A DNA stretch of 64,000 nucleotides from Alphaproteobacteria bacterium UBA7314 (GTDB lineage Bacteria; Pseudomonadota; Alphaproteobacteria; MPNO01; UBA830): positions 108,853 to 172,852 of the forward strand of contig DKQG01000046.1 in the NCBI GenBank assembly GCA_002471575.1. Direction: 5' to 3'. Shown here piece by piece: positions 38,855 through 49,629 of this stretch. Position numbers and translations under genes: made by a program. Within the stretch, counting starts at the first letter, position 1; each line of letters opens with the position of its first letter. The notes under the pieces were generated by a model. The model saw nothing but the letters and a program-made list of their open reading frames with translations. It made no database searches and was not told the DNA's origin.

Positions 38855-40243
38855 ATGGATAAGAAGATCGGCGTTCTACCCGCAGCCGTCGCAATGGCTG
38901 GCATCATTTGCGGAGTATTCCTCTGGTTCCAACCGGCACCAGCAGGCACACTCCCGGACATGATGAAGATCGCCGCGGTGGTCGTCATCGCGGTATCGTT
39001 GTGGGCTAGCGGCATCGTTCCGGAATACTTCACCGCGATCATTATCTTTTTCTTGGCTGTGGTGCTTACTGATGCTGGCGCGAAAACGGTATTCTCGGGT
39101 TTTCACTCTGCCGCCGTCTGGATGATCTTCGGCGGACTGATCATCGGTGCGGCCGTACAGGAAACCGGTTTTGGCCACACCCTTGCAAGCGGTCTCCTCA
39201 GGATATTCCCGCGCAGTTACTTCGGCATTCTGTGCGGCATAACCGTCGTCGGAACGGTTCTGTGTTTCATCATTCCCTCCAACACCGGACGCATCGTTAT
39301 TATGATGCCGATCTTCATGGCGCTTGCGGATCAGGTGGGCTTCGAGCCCGGAAGCCGGGGCCGCGCCGGGATGGGTCTCGCGGTCGCGGCCGGTTCCGTT
39401 TATCCAAGCCTCGCAGTTCTGCCTGCCGCCGTCCCCAATCTCGGCTGGTTGGGCGCGACGGAGAGCATTCACAGGATCAAATTCACCTACGCCGAATATT
39501 TGATCGCCAATTTTCCGGTAATCGGCATTGTATCCATGATCACCATTCCAATAATCTGCAGGTTCCTTTTTCCTGGCCGTATCGGGGATGCCGGAAATGC
39601 AGTTCAGCCTGCAAGGTCGTCTGCGGAGCAGACCAGACTAGTCATCGTTCTGACGGCGGCCATCGGCCTCTGGCTGACGGATTTTGCCCACGGCGTGTCG
39701 CCGGCCTGGGTCGCACTGGGAGCGGCGGTAATCTGTATGCTTCCGCGTGTAGGCATGGTGCCGTCGTCCATCATGATAGGCAAAATATCCTATGCTCCGT
39801 GGTTCTTTGTCGCGGGCGTGATTGGTATGGGGGCCATGGTCGCCAAAGCCGGACTCGGCACTTACATAAGCCGATTCCTGTTCGATACCGTGCCGCTAAA
39901 TGCCGGGCAGGATTTTCTGAATTTCGCCATAGTCGGAGGCGTCGGCTCTGCAATGGCGTTGTTGACAACCGTCCCGGGACAACCGGCCATTATGACGACC
40001 CTGGCGGCGGATATTGCCGTGGCCACGGGGTGGCCGTTGAAAACAGTGTTGCTGACACAGCCGCTAAGTTGGGCGATGGCAATGTTCGCGTATCAGTTTC
40101 CACCGTTCATCCTCGCAGCACACCTCGGTGGCATATCGGCCGGCCATCTCGCGCGGTTGGTCTTGGCAATGTGCGCGACCGCTTGGATCGTTATGATGCC
40201 CCTTCTGTATGTGTGGTGGCAGGCAATCGGCTATTTTGGATAA
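38855..40243 (+). CDS. SLC13/DASS-family anion transporter
   Basis: Multiple TM segments; FSGF, IIPSNTGR and AAVPN motifs. Confidence 0.85.
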   Translation: MDKKIGVLPAAVAMAGIICGVFLWFQPAPAGTLPDMMKIAAVVVIAVSLWASGIVPEYFTAIIIFFLAVVLTDAGAKTVFSGFHSAAVWMIFGGLIIGAAVQETGFGHTLASGLLRIFPRSYFGILCGITVVGTVLCFIIPSNTGRIVIMMPIFMALADQVGFEPGSRGRAGMGLAVAAGSVYPSLAVLPAAVPNLGWLGATESIHRIKFTYAEYLIANFPVIGIVSMITIPIICRFLFPGRIGDAGNAVQPARSSAEQTRLVIVLTAAIGLWLTDFAHGVSPAWVALGAAVICMLPRVGMVPSSIMIGKISYAPWFFVAGVIGMGAMVAKAGLGTYISRFLFDTVPLNAGQDFLNFAIVGGVGSAMALLTTVPGQPAIMTTLAADIAVATGWPLKTVLLTQPLSWAMAMFAYQFPPFILAAHLGGISAGHLARLVLAMCATAWIVMMPLLYVWWQAIGYFG

Positions 40244-40269
40244 CGTGCTCGGAGGCAGTCAGGGGCCTG

Positions 40270-40690
40270 CGGCTATCTCTGCTACCTCGCGGTGATTTCG
40301 GCGGAAGAGCCTTACGCGCCATCGCGTGAAAGATTAGCTCGTGTGCTGGACGGTTCCCCTCCGAACAGTTGTTTGACACGGACCTCAGATTTACGTCGAA
40401 ACGCGGACCACTGAGCCTCCTGCAGCTGCTTTGCCATCTCCAAGCTTCAAGTTAGGCGATAGGCGCGCGGCTGAATGTCTCCATCGAACACAAGCCAGAA
40501 ATATGTCGCCTGATTTTAGCGCTGATGGCTCGCGACGACACTGTTGGGTTCGGTGCTACCCTTGACCCATTCCAGCGATGCCGGTTTGGAGCGTCTCATC
40601 AGTTACGCTGAGCACTATTGGGAACGCCCATTTTTAAACATGAGCCAACCGCCCGTAAATAAAGAACAAATCTCCGCCACGCTTTTTCAT
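40270..40690 (-). pseudogene. Decayed conserved hypothetical protein
   Basis: Frame fragments LMRRSKPASLEW...YFWLVFDGDIQPRAYRLT*SLEMAKQLQEAQ...LIFHAMARKALPPK, with stops and frameshifts. Confidence 0.5.
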
Positions 40691-40738
40691 GGCATTTTTG
40701 GAGATTTGCTCAAGGCCCTCCCCAGCTTTTTGCAGGGG

Positions 40739-41785
40739 TCAGACTTTTCCATCCGCACTGAGCAGAATGGCGATAGGGCGGGTTTGCGGGAATTCAGCCA
40801 GAACGATCATCAAAAGTACCGTAATGGGGACAGAGAGGAACATCCCCGTCACCCCCCATATCGATCCCCAAACCGCCAGAGAAATGATAACCACGAGCGA
40901 TGACAGATTTAAGGATTTCCCCATCATTCGTGGTTCCAGGACGTTTCCAATGACCAGTTGCGCAGCGCCAAGCCCCACGGCAATGGTCAGAAATTCGCTG
41001 CCGACACCAAACTGCAAAAGCGCCATCAACGCTGGGAACACAACGCCCAAAAGCGACCCGATAGTGGGGATATAGGCTAGCAAAAAGATCACGAACGCCC
41101 AGAATCCGGCGAGATCCAAACCCACCGAAATAAGTACCACATAGCTGATTATTCCCGTCAGCAGGCTCAGCAGGGTCTTCACGGCGATGTAGGTTTGGGT
41201 TCGCTTCTGAATTTCGGAGAGGATGAACTGCACTTCCTTGCGCCGATCGCTCTCCGGAAACAGGGCCTCGATCTTGCGCGAAAACGTCCGCCCTTCGGCC
41301 AGCAGAAAGATGACATAAATCACGATCAACCCAGCGTTTCCAGCGACCTTGGCGACCGCCCCAGCAACGCCGCCGATCAGAGCCCGGACGTCCACCTGCT
41401 CGATCACGTAGGCAATTGTTGGCATCTCCTCGAACCCACCAAATTTCAGGCAACGTTCGATCAGCTGTTCGAGATTCGCCTGATAGGCCGGCGCCGCATC
41501 CCGTACGGACGCGATATTGCCGCTGATCATCTCGACGATCAGCCCCAGTGCGACCAGAAAAAACACGATCGAGGCGGTCAGCGAGAGCCAGCCCGGAAAG
41601 TTCAGGTGTGTCTCGATCAGGCGAGATAATGCATTGATCACGTACCAGATCATCACCGCGATCGCGAAGGGGATCAGAAGATCTCGGCCGGTCACCAGCA
41701 CGTAGGTCGTCAGGGCTGCGATACCAAAAGTAACACCGAAAGCGGCCAGTCTGCCGGACATGGCGAACTCCTGCGGAAGCATCAT
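40739..41785 (-). CDS. AI-2E family transporter
   Basis: LLIPFAIAV, YIPTIGS, GNVLEPRMMG and WGVTGMFLSVP motifs. Confidence 0.92.
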   Translation of the reverse strand: MMLPQEFAMSGRLAAFGVTFGIAALTTYVLVTGRDLLIPFAIAVMIWYVINALSRLIETHLNFPGWLSLTASIVFFLVALGLIVEMISGNIASVRDAAPAYQANLEQLIERCLKFGGFEEMPTIAYVIEQVDVRALIGGVAGAVAKVAGNAGLIVIYVIFLLAEGRTFSRKIEALFPESDRRKEVQFILSEIQKRTQTYIAVKTLLSLLTGIISYVVLISVGLDLAGFWAFVIFLLAYIPTIGSLLGVVFPALMALLQFGVGSEFLTIAVGLGAAQLVIGNVLEPRMMGKSLNLSSLVVIISLAVWGSIWGVTGMFLSVPITVLLMIVLAEFPQTRPIAILLSADGKV

Positions 41786-42410
41786 TTCCCCAATCTTATC
41801 AGAATCGACCTCTTTTGCGGGAATAGACGCTCGCCGTCGCTTCAGGGCCGGCGATTTACCCCCCGGCGACGGCGGTCTACTTCGCGGCGTCGGCGAACGT
41901 CGTCGCGACGTCGTTGTTCCTGCTAGCAGCGGCCTTTGGCGCTGTTGTTGTTGCGGCGCTCTCCCCTTTTGCCGCGTTCGCCGCGTTTGCCGTTTCCGCC
42001 CTTAACTTCTCCAGTGCATTTGCACCAGGGATTACCTTTGCTCTTGCCATTTCATCTTGGTGGACCCTTGTATTGGCAGACCGATCCAGATTCACCACCG
42101 TCGGTGCTGCGTACACGACTGGTACGCAGAGACCAAGCCTGGCCAGAGCGTATCCTCGCAAAACATCATTCGTGAGTTTCCGGTTTTTGCCACACCGTTA
42201 CAAACAGCCTCCCACTCACCAACCGGAAGCTCCGCAAAACTTCCTTGCAAAACAATTTTGGATCCGAGAATCAAATTGTCAGCCAAAGTTTTTGCGTGTC
42301 TAGATTCTGGGATAAACCCCTGAAATATTGAAATTTTCGCGTTCCCTGGCCAAGATTTCAGCCCTTGCAGGATCCGCCGTGATACGTCCGGCCAGCACCC
42401 TCAAAGCAGG

Positions 42411-43514
42411 CTATCCCGCAGACTGTCTAAGCCCCCGTGCTTCGAGCCGCGGCAACACCTCATCGATTACGATCGGTAGATCGTTCAGGTAGTTGGGCAG
42501 TCCCATCGCCACTGCATCGGCGCCTGCCTCGGCAAGTTTGGCCAGCTGATCGGCCACGCTGTCCGGGTCGCCGACCACCGGCGTCGCGCCATTTGCCGTT
42601 GCGGCGCGCATGCGGAAGTGCCGGCGCTCCTCTTCGGATATCTCGTCGGTGTCTATTCCGCGTTCTACCATCATGATACGGCAAGCCTCGGTATCTGCGT
42701 GTTCGACCGCATAGTAGTAATGGTATTCCTCAGCCTCTTTCTGTGTCGGTCGGCACACCACGCCGATATTAGTGAATAAGCCGACATCGCGACCGATAGC
42801 GCGGCCGGCTTTTCGGAGCCCGGCGCAATCCTCGCGGAACTTGTCGTAGTCGTAGAAGGTGTGAAACAGCATGTCGGCATTTCGAATGGCGTATTCCCGT
42901 CCACGGCCCGACGTGCCCGCGCAAGCCACCATGGGGCGCAAATTGCTGACAGGTTTGGGGTTCAGCACTGTGCCCTGGGTCTGGAAGAATTCGCCTTCGA
43001 AATCGAAAGGCTCGTCCTCAGTCCAGATTCGGGTGACGAGATCGATCCATTCCTGACCCAGGTCGTAGCGCCGTTCGTGTTCGCCCAGATCGACGCCGAG
43101 CATGTCGAACTCTTTCTGGTACCAGCCGCACACGATGTTGAGGCCGAACCGGCCGCCGCCTATGTGGTCCGCTGTCACCATCTGTTTGGCGGCAACAGCC
43201 GGCGAATGTGCGGTCACATGCACCGTGCCGAACGCCATGATGTTCTTCGTCGCTGCCAGCAGGCCGGATGCCCAGGCAATAGTCTCGAAATTGGAACCGT
43301 TGTGATTGGTCTCGCCGCCGTAACCGATCCAGCGGCCGAGGGGCAGCATAAAATCGATCCCGGCATCGTCGGCGCGGACCGCCAGCTCTCGACAGTTTTC
43401 CCACGACGCGTCCCACCGCTCCGGAAATGTCGAACACGCCAGGCCACCATCGCAGTTGGAGCCGAACAACCCTACTGCCAGCTTGTTGCGGTCGAATTTT
43501 CGCATTACCGACAT
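42411..43514 (-). CDS. LLM-class flavin-dependent monooxygenase
   Basis: GRWIGYGG, AAKQMVTADHIGGGRFGLNIVCGW and PKP...AGTSGRG motifs. Confidence 0.9.
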   Translation of the reverse strand: MSVMRKFDRNKLAVGLFGSNCDGGLACSTFPERWDASWENCRELAVRADDAGIDFMLPLGRWIGYGGETNHNGSNFETIAWASGLLAATKNIMAFGTVHVTAHSPAVAAKQMVTADHIGGGRFGLNIVCGWYQKEFDMLGVDLGEHERRYDLGQEWIDLVTRIWTEDEPFDFEGEFFQTQGTVLNPKPVSNLRPMVACAGTSGRGREYAIRNADMLFHTFYDYDKFREDCAGLRKAGRAIGRDVGLFTNIGVVCRPTQKEAEEYHYYYAVEHADTEACRIMMVERGIDTDEISEEERRHFRMRAATANGATPVVGDPDSVADQLAKLAEAGADAVAMGLPNYLNDLPIVIDEVLPRLEARGLRQSAG

Positions 43515-43688
43515 AGCCGGAATCTCGCGCGGTAAAGGCCCGAGATCAACCCGTGGAGAAAAGAAAAAACAGCGTCTCGAAGGACGCAGCGTTTTATGGT
43601 TATTTCAGTTCTGTGAGGACTACGGGCGGCGCCTTATCCAAACGAGTCCGAAGACGGCCGTCGTAACGGGTGTAAAAATTAGCTACGC

Positions 43689-44579
43689 TCAGCCACGCTT
43701 AAGCAGGTACAGATTACTGCCAACGATCAAAATCGCGCCGACGATGCTCCACCAGCTTGGAACCTCGGCGAACAGAAGGACCCCAAAAATTGCGGAATAG
43801 ACGATCCGCATATAATCGAACGGTACGGTGACCGTGGCTTCCCCGAGAGTGAAGCCATGAGTGATACAGGACTGCCCCATGATCCCGAGGATCCCGATCA
43901 GGACCAGCACTGGAGCTTCCTCCCAGGTTGGCGGGATCCAAAACAGATAGGCTGGGATTGCCGAAAACAGCGTCGTGTAAAACGCGTAGTAGAAAATGAT
44001 CCGGCGCGTTGGTTCGGTGGTGCCCAGTTTCTTGATCGATATCACAACCATGCCGCCGAACACGGCCCCCGCCACAGCCACTATTCCGTTGGGATCGAAG
44101 CCGCCGCCGAATGGCTGAAGCATGATCAGTATGCCGCAAAACCCAGCAAAAGTGACCGCGATACGCTGCCGCCCCGCAACTTCGCCCAGAAACAGGAAAG
44201 CCAGCAATATCATGAACAGTGGCCGCGAAAACTGCAGCGCCATGGCATCCGCCAGAACCAAGTGCGTGATCCCGAAAAAGAAACAATAGTTGCCGCATGC
44301 TCCCCAAAACCCGCGCTGGAAGTGCATACCGGGGCGCTTGGTCCTGATCACATCGATGCCGTCTTTCGCAATTAGAAGTGGTGCGAAAATGAGGAAGCCG
44401 ATCAGCGAACGGCTGAACATCAACTGTGCAGTGTGAAGGCGTTCACCAAGTATCTTGACGAATACCGCCATAATCGTCAGCAGGATCGCACCAACCGAGA
44501 CGAACAGCACAGCGCGCAGGTTGACCGGCAGCAGCCCCCATCTTTGCCGAGCGGCGAGAAGATGCGAAAAGCCTCTCAA
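43689..44579 (-). CDS. DMT/EamA-family transporter
   Basis: About ten hydrophobic segments; FLGE and PFDY...FAEVP motifs. Confidence 0.88.
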   Translation of the reverse strand: MRGFSHLLAARQRWGLLPVNLRAVLFVSVGAILLTIMAVFVKILGERLHTAQLMFSRSLIGFLIFAPLLIAKDGIDVIRTKRPGMHFQRGFWGACGNYCFFFGITHLVLADAMALQFSRPLFMILLAFLFLGEVAGRQRIAVTFAGFCGILIMLQPFGGGFDPNGIVAVAGAVFGGMVVISIKKLGTTEPTRRIIFYYAFYTTLFSAIPAYLFWIPPTWEEAPVLVLIGILGIMGQSCITHGFTLGEATVTVPFDYMRIVYSAIFGVLLFAEVPSWWSIVGAILIVGSNLYLLKRG

Positions 44580-44599
44580 GTATCGATGCCGTGGCGTCT

Positions 44600-44914
44600 C
44601 AATCCCGTCTCCATCCGCCGCATGCAGAACAGGGCGAACATTTAGAAATCTCCCTTAAGGGACCACACGCGATAGCGAAATATCGCGGGTGGGTTCCGCT
44701 CTATGAAAAAAGGCGCTGCCGAGGCCAAGCCGCAACCGGCAATAGGTGCGGCGACGAGAAACCACAGATTACCCGATACCATCAGCATTACGACGAATAC
44801 CATCGCGAGCGCCGCACCCACCAAGTGCAGCAACCCCGCGGTGGATTCTCTGTGTCGCGAAAGATAGTACGGCTACAACTCATTGGCGGATTTGATGCCA
44901 TGGCTCTTCATCAT
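44600..44914 (-). pseudogene. DUF962/Mpo1-like membrane protein pseudogene
   Basis: EL*PYYLSRH...LHLVG...FFIERNPPAIFRYRVWSLKGDF*; TAG where Trp is expected. Confidence 0.75.
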
Positions 44915-45195
44915 GCCAGAGGATAAATCGTTCAAAAGCATTCTTAATCCTTATCTTGGTCGCGAGGCTGAGCAGCATGTCTATGAGGTCGATGCGCTCA
45001 TCTATGGGGTGGTAAAGCCTTCACAAGAACGATATTCGACTGCGCTGGATAGCGGTCTATCAACACTTCTTCGGTCCCAATTGTCATGGCGCGCCCTCCA
45101 GCGCAATCCGAAATTCACTCTACTCCTCCTCGAAAGCCCCAGCCAGCGCCGTTAGCCCGTTTACGACGGCGCCGAAGGATGCTTTTATTCCTCGC

Positions 45196-46500
45196 ATGAC
45201 AGACACATTTTTAGACTTGGCGCCGGAAGGCCGTGTACACCGGCGCGTATACACTGATCCGGCAATTTTCGACGCCGAGATGGACCGGATTTACGGCAAT
45301 GCCTGGTTATTCGTCGCCCATGAAAGCCATATTGCTGAACCCGGCCAATACGTGACCGCTCATCTCGGCGAGCGGCCGATGATCGTTGCCCGACATACCG
45401 ATGGCGAAATATACGTGTTTGCCAATCGCTGCACCCATCGGGGTATGAAAGTTTGCGGCGCCCGGCGCGGATCGAAAAAACGTTTTGTCTGCCCATATCA
45501 CGGCTGGGCATTTGCAACCGACGGCTCGTTGATCGGTATTCCCCACGGCAAGGGATATAATGGAAAGATCGACCAGAAAGATCCCGATCTGGCTCTGGAC
45601 CGTGCTGCCCGTGTCGACAGCTATCGCGGCTTCGTTTTTGCCTGCAAGGCCGAAGATGGCCCTTCGCTGACGGATTACCTAGGCCCGATGACCCGGGCAT
45701 TGGACAATATGATCGACCGGGCACCGGGTGGGGAAATAGAGATGACCGGCGGCGGGTTCCGTCAGCGCTACAAAGGTAACTGGAAGCTCCACATGGAAAA
45801 CGCCAACGATCTGATGCATGCATCGATCGTGCACGCATCTTCGGTCGATGCCGCGCAGGCAGTCGCCGACGACATGGAAGATGGCGAGGAAGATCATGCG
45901 CTGCAGATGTTCAAGGGCAACGGCCTGCCGCTGGCAATGATGGACGAGGTGGAAATTCATGGATTTCCAGGCGGTCATTCCTACATGGGCGGGTTCTATA
46001 AGGAAGGCCCAATTACGCAGGCAACCGACGAAGACCCGGTGGTCGCGCAGTACCGCAAATCGATGATTGATGCCTATGGCGAGAACCGGGCGGAAGACAT
46101 CATGGGCTGGGATACCTTCAACCACCTAATCTATCCCAACCTGATCCTGAACCCTAAGCACCAACAAATGCGTCTGCTGCAGCCGGTCAGCGTCGACTGC
46201 ACGATCGTGCATTCAATGTGTTTCCGGCTAAAGAACGCGCCTGAGGAAATGTACCGGCGCAGCGTGAGATTTCTGAGCGCATTGAATTCGCCAGCATCGC
46301 AGATCACGACCGACGATATCGCCATGTTCAACAACATTCAGATCGCACTTGATGAAGCGGACAGCGACTGGATCGACCTGTCCCGCGGCTTGGGTCATGA
46401 CCGCCCGCATGATAACGGCGGTGAGATCGGCGCAGTCGGAACCAGCGAACTGCCGCTCCGCGCCCAGTACGCGGCGTGGCGCGACCTGATGAGTCAGTAG
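45196..46500 (+). CDS. Aromatic ring-hydroxylating dioxygenase alpha subunit
   Basis: NRCTHRG...CPYHGW Rieske motif; NWKLHMENANDLMHASIVH. Confidence 0.93.
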   Translation: MTDTFLDLAPEGRVHRRVYTDPAIFDAEMDRIYGNAWLFVAHESHIAEPGQYVTAHLGERPMIVARHTDGEIYVFANRCTHRGMKVCGARRGSKKRFVCPYHGWAFATDGSLIGIPHGKGYNGKIDQKDPDLALDRAARVDSYRGFVFACKAEDGPSLTDYLGPMTRALDNMIDRAPGGEIEMTGGGFRQRYKGNWKLHMENANDLMHASIVHASSVDAAQAVADDMEDGEEDHALQMFKGNGLPLAMMDEVEIHGFPGGHSYMGGFYKEGPITQATDEDPVVAQYRKSMIDAYGENRAEDIMGWDTFNHLIYPNLILNPKHQQMRLLQPVSVDCTIVHSMCFRLKNAPEEMYRRSVRFLSALNSPASQITTDDIAMFNNIQIALDEADSDWIDLSRGLGHDRPHDNGGEIGAVGTSELPLRAQYAAWRDLMSQ

Positions 46501-46513
46501 AAGGGGACTACCC

Positions 46514-46957
46514 ATGCCCGCAACCGACCTTCACCACCTTGCCATCAAGACCGGCGATGTCTACGCATCGGTGGAATTTTACAATGAAGTTATCGGATCA
46601 CATTCCGTAAAAAGGCCGAATTTCAACTTTCCCGGCGCCTGGCTTCAGTTTGGCGAAACCATGATTCATCTTTATGGCGGCGATGCCGCTAAAAATGTTG
46701 AAGGCAGTCACGATCACGGCAGCGCGGCGATAGACCATATCGCCCTGTCCGCGCACGGATTCGATGAAATGCGCGGTATTTGCGAGGCCCGGGACCTGGA
46801 CTGGCGCCAGTTTGATATTCCTTCGTTCAATCTTTGGCAGTTGTTCGTTCACGATCCCAACGGCGTGCTGATCGAGCTGAATTTCGACACCGCCAAGGAG
46901 CCCGAAGGCAGCAAAGGCCCGGATGAGACCAAGCGATACGAACCAGGAAAATTTTAG
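46514..46957 (+). CDS. VOC/glyoxalase-family protein
   Basis: LHHLAI...FY...IDHIAL...DPNGVLIEL. Confidence 0.88.
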   Translation: MPATDLHHLAIKTGDVYASVEFYNEVIGSHSVKRPNFNFPGAWLQFGETMIHLYGGDAAKNVEGSHDHGSAAIDHIALSAHGFDEMRGICEARDLDWRQFDIPSFNLWQLFVHDPNGVLIELNFDTAKEPEGSKGPDETKRYEPGKF

Positions 46958-47052
46958 ACTCGAATAATTCCGCGTAAAATTAGTCCCTCGTGGAATTGGA
47001 CTAACGCCTAGCCTTCGGCAGAGCCCTCACGTTCGCAATATTGCCGGTCTGA

Positions 47053-47364
47053 GTGGAGGCTGTCCGCCAAATCCAGCTTTTGCCGAAAATTATCATGGCG
47101 TCCGCAGTCACTCTGGCGGTCGTTACCAGCGTAATCGCGGGCAACGGGCCTCAGATGATCAACGGCGCGATCCCGCGCAGCAACATTCGAGCGCTCCGCT
47201 GGGAACGGAACGCCGTCTTTGGTAATCTAAAGGACGAAAATGCAGGAATTATCTGGGCGATGTCCAAATCTGAAATCGGCTATGCCCTCGGCTACGCTGA
47301 CGCTTCGTGTTTCGACCGGCAATACAGAAACTGGGCCGGCCGCACGACTGTAGACGCCCGGTAG
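47053..47364 (+). pseudogene. AraC-family regulator remnant
   Basis: C-terminal SEIGYALGYADASCFDRQYRNWAGRT; the rest is degenerate. Confidence 0.65.
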
Positions 47365-47374
47365 AAGGTATAGC

Positions 47375-48529
47375 TCATAGCTCTTTAAGCAGCGCCCAAA
47401 GCTGCGCGTGACTCTCGAAGCCTATTCCCGGCGTCTGTGGTAGCGAGCCGGTGCCGTCCTCAATCAGCACCTCGTCCTGCAACCCGCCGAGAATAAAATC
47501 TCGCCGTGCCGCTATTTCGTGCGCGCCCAGTTGCAGACCGGCGACAGCGTGATACGCCAGGAGGTGTCCCGCATGGGGCACCATTTGAGACCTAGGCCAT
47601 CCGCCGGCTTCAGCGAGCCGCACGATATTGGCATATTCGACCATTCCGTAAGACAACGCCGGATCCACCTGAACCATGTCTCGGTCGGGACGCAATCCGC
47701 CATAGCTTAGCAGATTGTATGTCTCTGACATCGAGAAAAGGTTCTCGCCGGTTGCGATTGGACCGTCGTAATATCCGGTCAGCGCCGTCAGCAGCTCGAA
47801 ATCGTGCGGGTGTCCGGGCTCTTCGATCCAGGCTAGCTTGTATGGCGCGTAGGCATCGGCCATTTCCTGCGTCGTACCTGAGGTCGAGCACATACAGTTT
47901 ACATCTACCGCCAGCCGCGACCCGTCGCCGTCCAGCAATGCCAAGACGGCCTCAATCCGGGTACAATCGTCAGCGAGGTCGCCCTGACCACATTTGATCT
48001 TTATCCGGTCGTAGCCCTGATCGAGATACCCTTTGATCTCGTCCTTCAGCGCCTCAAGATCGCTGTTTGGATAATAATGACCACCGGTGGCATATACCGG
48101 CACGCGCTTATGAAAATTGCCTTCGTTGTAACTTTCGGACAGCAACTGCCACAGCGGAATACCACGGATTTTCGCGGCTGCATCCCACAGTGCCATGTCG
48201 AGCACACCGACAGCTCCAGCCCGATCGCCGTCACCACCGGGTTTCTCATTGGCCATCATCGTTGCCCAGCAGCGCACCGGATCGAGACCGCAGTTGGCAC
48301 CTTCAACATCTTCGATCGCCAGCAGGCGCGGAGCGAAACGTTCAGAGATTAGGCCACTCTGGGCATACCGCCCAACTGAAGAAAATCCGTATCCGGTGAT
48401 CATGCCTTTTTCACCCGTGTCGATATCGATGGCGACGGCGGAGGCAGTCATTTCGAGGTAGCTGATGCCCGCGTTCGACATGGGATCGGACAGCGAAACC
48501 GGGCGTTCACGAATGTCTTTTATACGCAT
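47375..48529 (-). CDS. Mandelate racemase/enolase superfamily protein (D-tartrate dehydratase-like)
   Basis: GYGFSSVGRYAQ, NEKPGG.G.R, KIK, AVD.N, WIEEP, TGENLFS and DPALSYG motifs. Confidence 0.88.
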   Translation of the reverse strand: MRIKDIRERPVSLSDPMSNAGISYLEMTASAVAIDIDTGEKGMITGYGFSSVGRYAQSGLISERFAPRLLAIEDVEGANCGLDPVRCWATMMANEKPGGDGDRAGAVGVLDMALWDAAAKIRGIPLWQLLSESYNEGNFHKRVPVYATGGHYYPNSDLEALKDEIKGYLDQGYDRIKIKCGQGDLADDCTRIEAVLALLDGDGSRLAVDVNCMCSTSGTTQEMADAYAPYKLAWIEEPGHPHDFELLTALTGYYDGPIATGENLFSMSETYNLLSYGGLRPDRDMVQVDPALSYGMVEYANIVRLAEAGGWPRSQMVPHAGHLLAYHAVAGLQLGAHEIAARRDFILGGLQDEVLIEDGTGSLPQTPGIGFESHAQLWALLKEL

Positions 48530-48595
48530 GTGGACAGCTTAGGCAGATCGCCGCAAAATGGCAGCACCAAACTGTTTGAAAAGAGGAATTCGGCA

Positions 48596-49000
48596 ATGGC
48601 CAAGCTGCGACATATTGCCATGCAGGTGCCCAATCTTCAGGAAAGCGCCTCCTATTACGAGAAGCTTTTCGAACTTGACCGCGTGTGTGACGTGGAAAGC
48701 GAATACGGCAATGCCGTTATGCTTTCGGACGGCACGATGAACCTTACGCTCCTACATTTTCCGGAAGGCACCAAGGGCGGCAAAAACGGGCCGGACTGGG
48801 CAGGATTGCATCACATCGGTTTCGTCGTCGACGACAAGGCGGAAGCCGGAGAGAAGGCGGTCGAGCTGGGTGGAGAGTTCTTCATGGAACTGCCGGACAA
48901 TATTCCCGGCGTGGACGCTGAAACTAAGTACAAGGATCCCAACGGGCTGGTGTTCGATATCGCTGATCACGACTGGACCCAGAGCGATCGTAAACAGTGA
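48596..49000 (+). CDS. VOC/glyoxalase-family protein
   Basis: MAKLRHIAM...LSDG.MNL...GLHHIGF...KYKDPNG. Confidence 0.88.
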   Translation: MAKLRHIAMQVPNLQESASYYEKLFELDRVCDVESEYGNAVMLSDGTMNLTLLHFPEGTKGGKNGPDWAGLHHIGFVVDDKAEAGEKAVELGGEFFMELPDNIPGVDAETKYKDPNGLVFDIADHDWTQSDRKQ

Positions 49001-49629
49001 GAAACCTGCCAGGTGCGATCGCCGACGAATTCATCATCCCCGCCCGCCACGGCCGGGCCTTCGAAGTAAAAAAGGGCCAGACGTTTCGAATCCATCAGGT
49101 CGATGGCAAGCAAGTCGGCGACTGCGTTTTCTACAATGCGAACGATTACAAGGAGTGGTGGCACTGCGGGCAGTCGTGGGCAATAAACGTCATCTGTGGG
49201 ACCGGCACTTCGAAAAGCTTCCAGTATTTCTATTCCAAGCCGCCGCGCGAAAACGTCATGATGACCGTTGTTGACGATACCTGTGGCAATCACTGGGGCA
49301 ATATGGGTGGCCGCTGTTCGACGCGGCTCTATCAGCTGCGAGACAACATCGAGAGCGGCCACCGGTCGTGCCAAGAAAACCTCACCCAAGCGCTGGTCCC
49401 ATACGGTATCTCCGGGGACGAAATATTCGATATCTTCAACGTCTTCATGAATGTCGATCTGCATGAGGATGGCGGCTTCACGATCAAGCCGACCGAAGTC
49501 GGTCCCGACGATTACATCGATATGCGTGCCGAGATGGATATTCTCGCCGCCGTGTCCGCCTGCCCAGCCGACACGTCACCGACCAATGGCGGCAGGTCGG
49601 CACCGCTGGGTATCAAGATATTCGATTAG
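48997..49629 (+). CDS. DUF1989 / urea carboxylase-associated family protein
   Basis: GKQVGD, DTCG.H...C, SCQENL, FNVFMN and AVSACP motifs. Confidence 0.88.
   Translation: MRNLPGAIADEFIIPARHGRAFEVKKGQTFRIHQVDGKQVGDCVFYNANDYKEWWHCGQSWAINVICGTGTSKSFQYFYSKPPRENVMMTVVDDTCGNHWGNMGGRCSTRLYQLRDNIESGHRSCQENLTQALVPYGISGDEIFDIFNVFMNVDLHEDGGFTIKPTEVGPDDYIDMRAEMDILAAVSACPADTSPTNGGRSAPLGIKIFD

Noticed and set aside
39232-40329. 365-aa alternative-frame ORF
   Set aside because: Arg-rich off-frame overlap of the SLC13 transporter, typical of GC-rich DNA.
42411-43514. LLM enzyme as F420-dependent
   Set aside because: Its motifs look like FMNH2-dependent SsuD/RutA/SfnG types, and it is not linked to fbiC.
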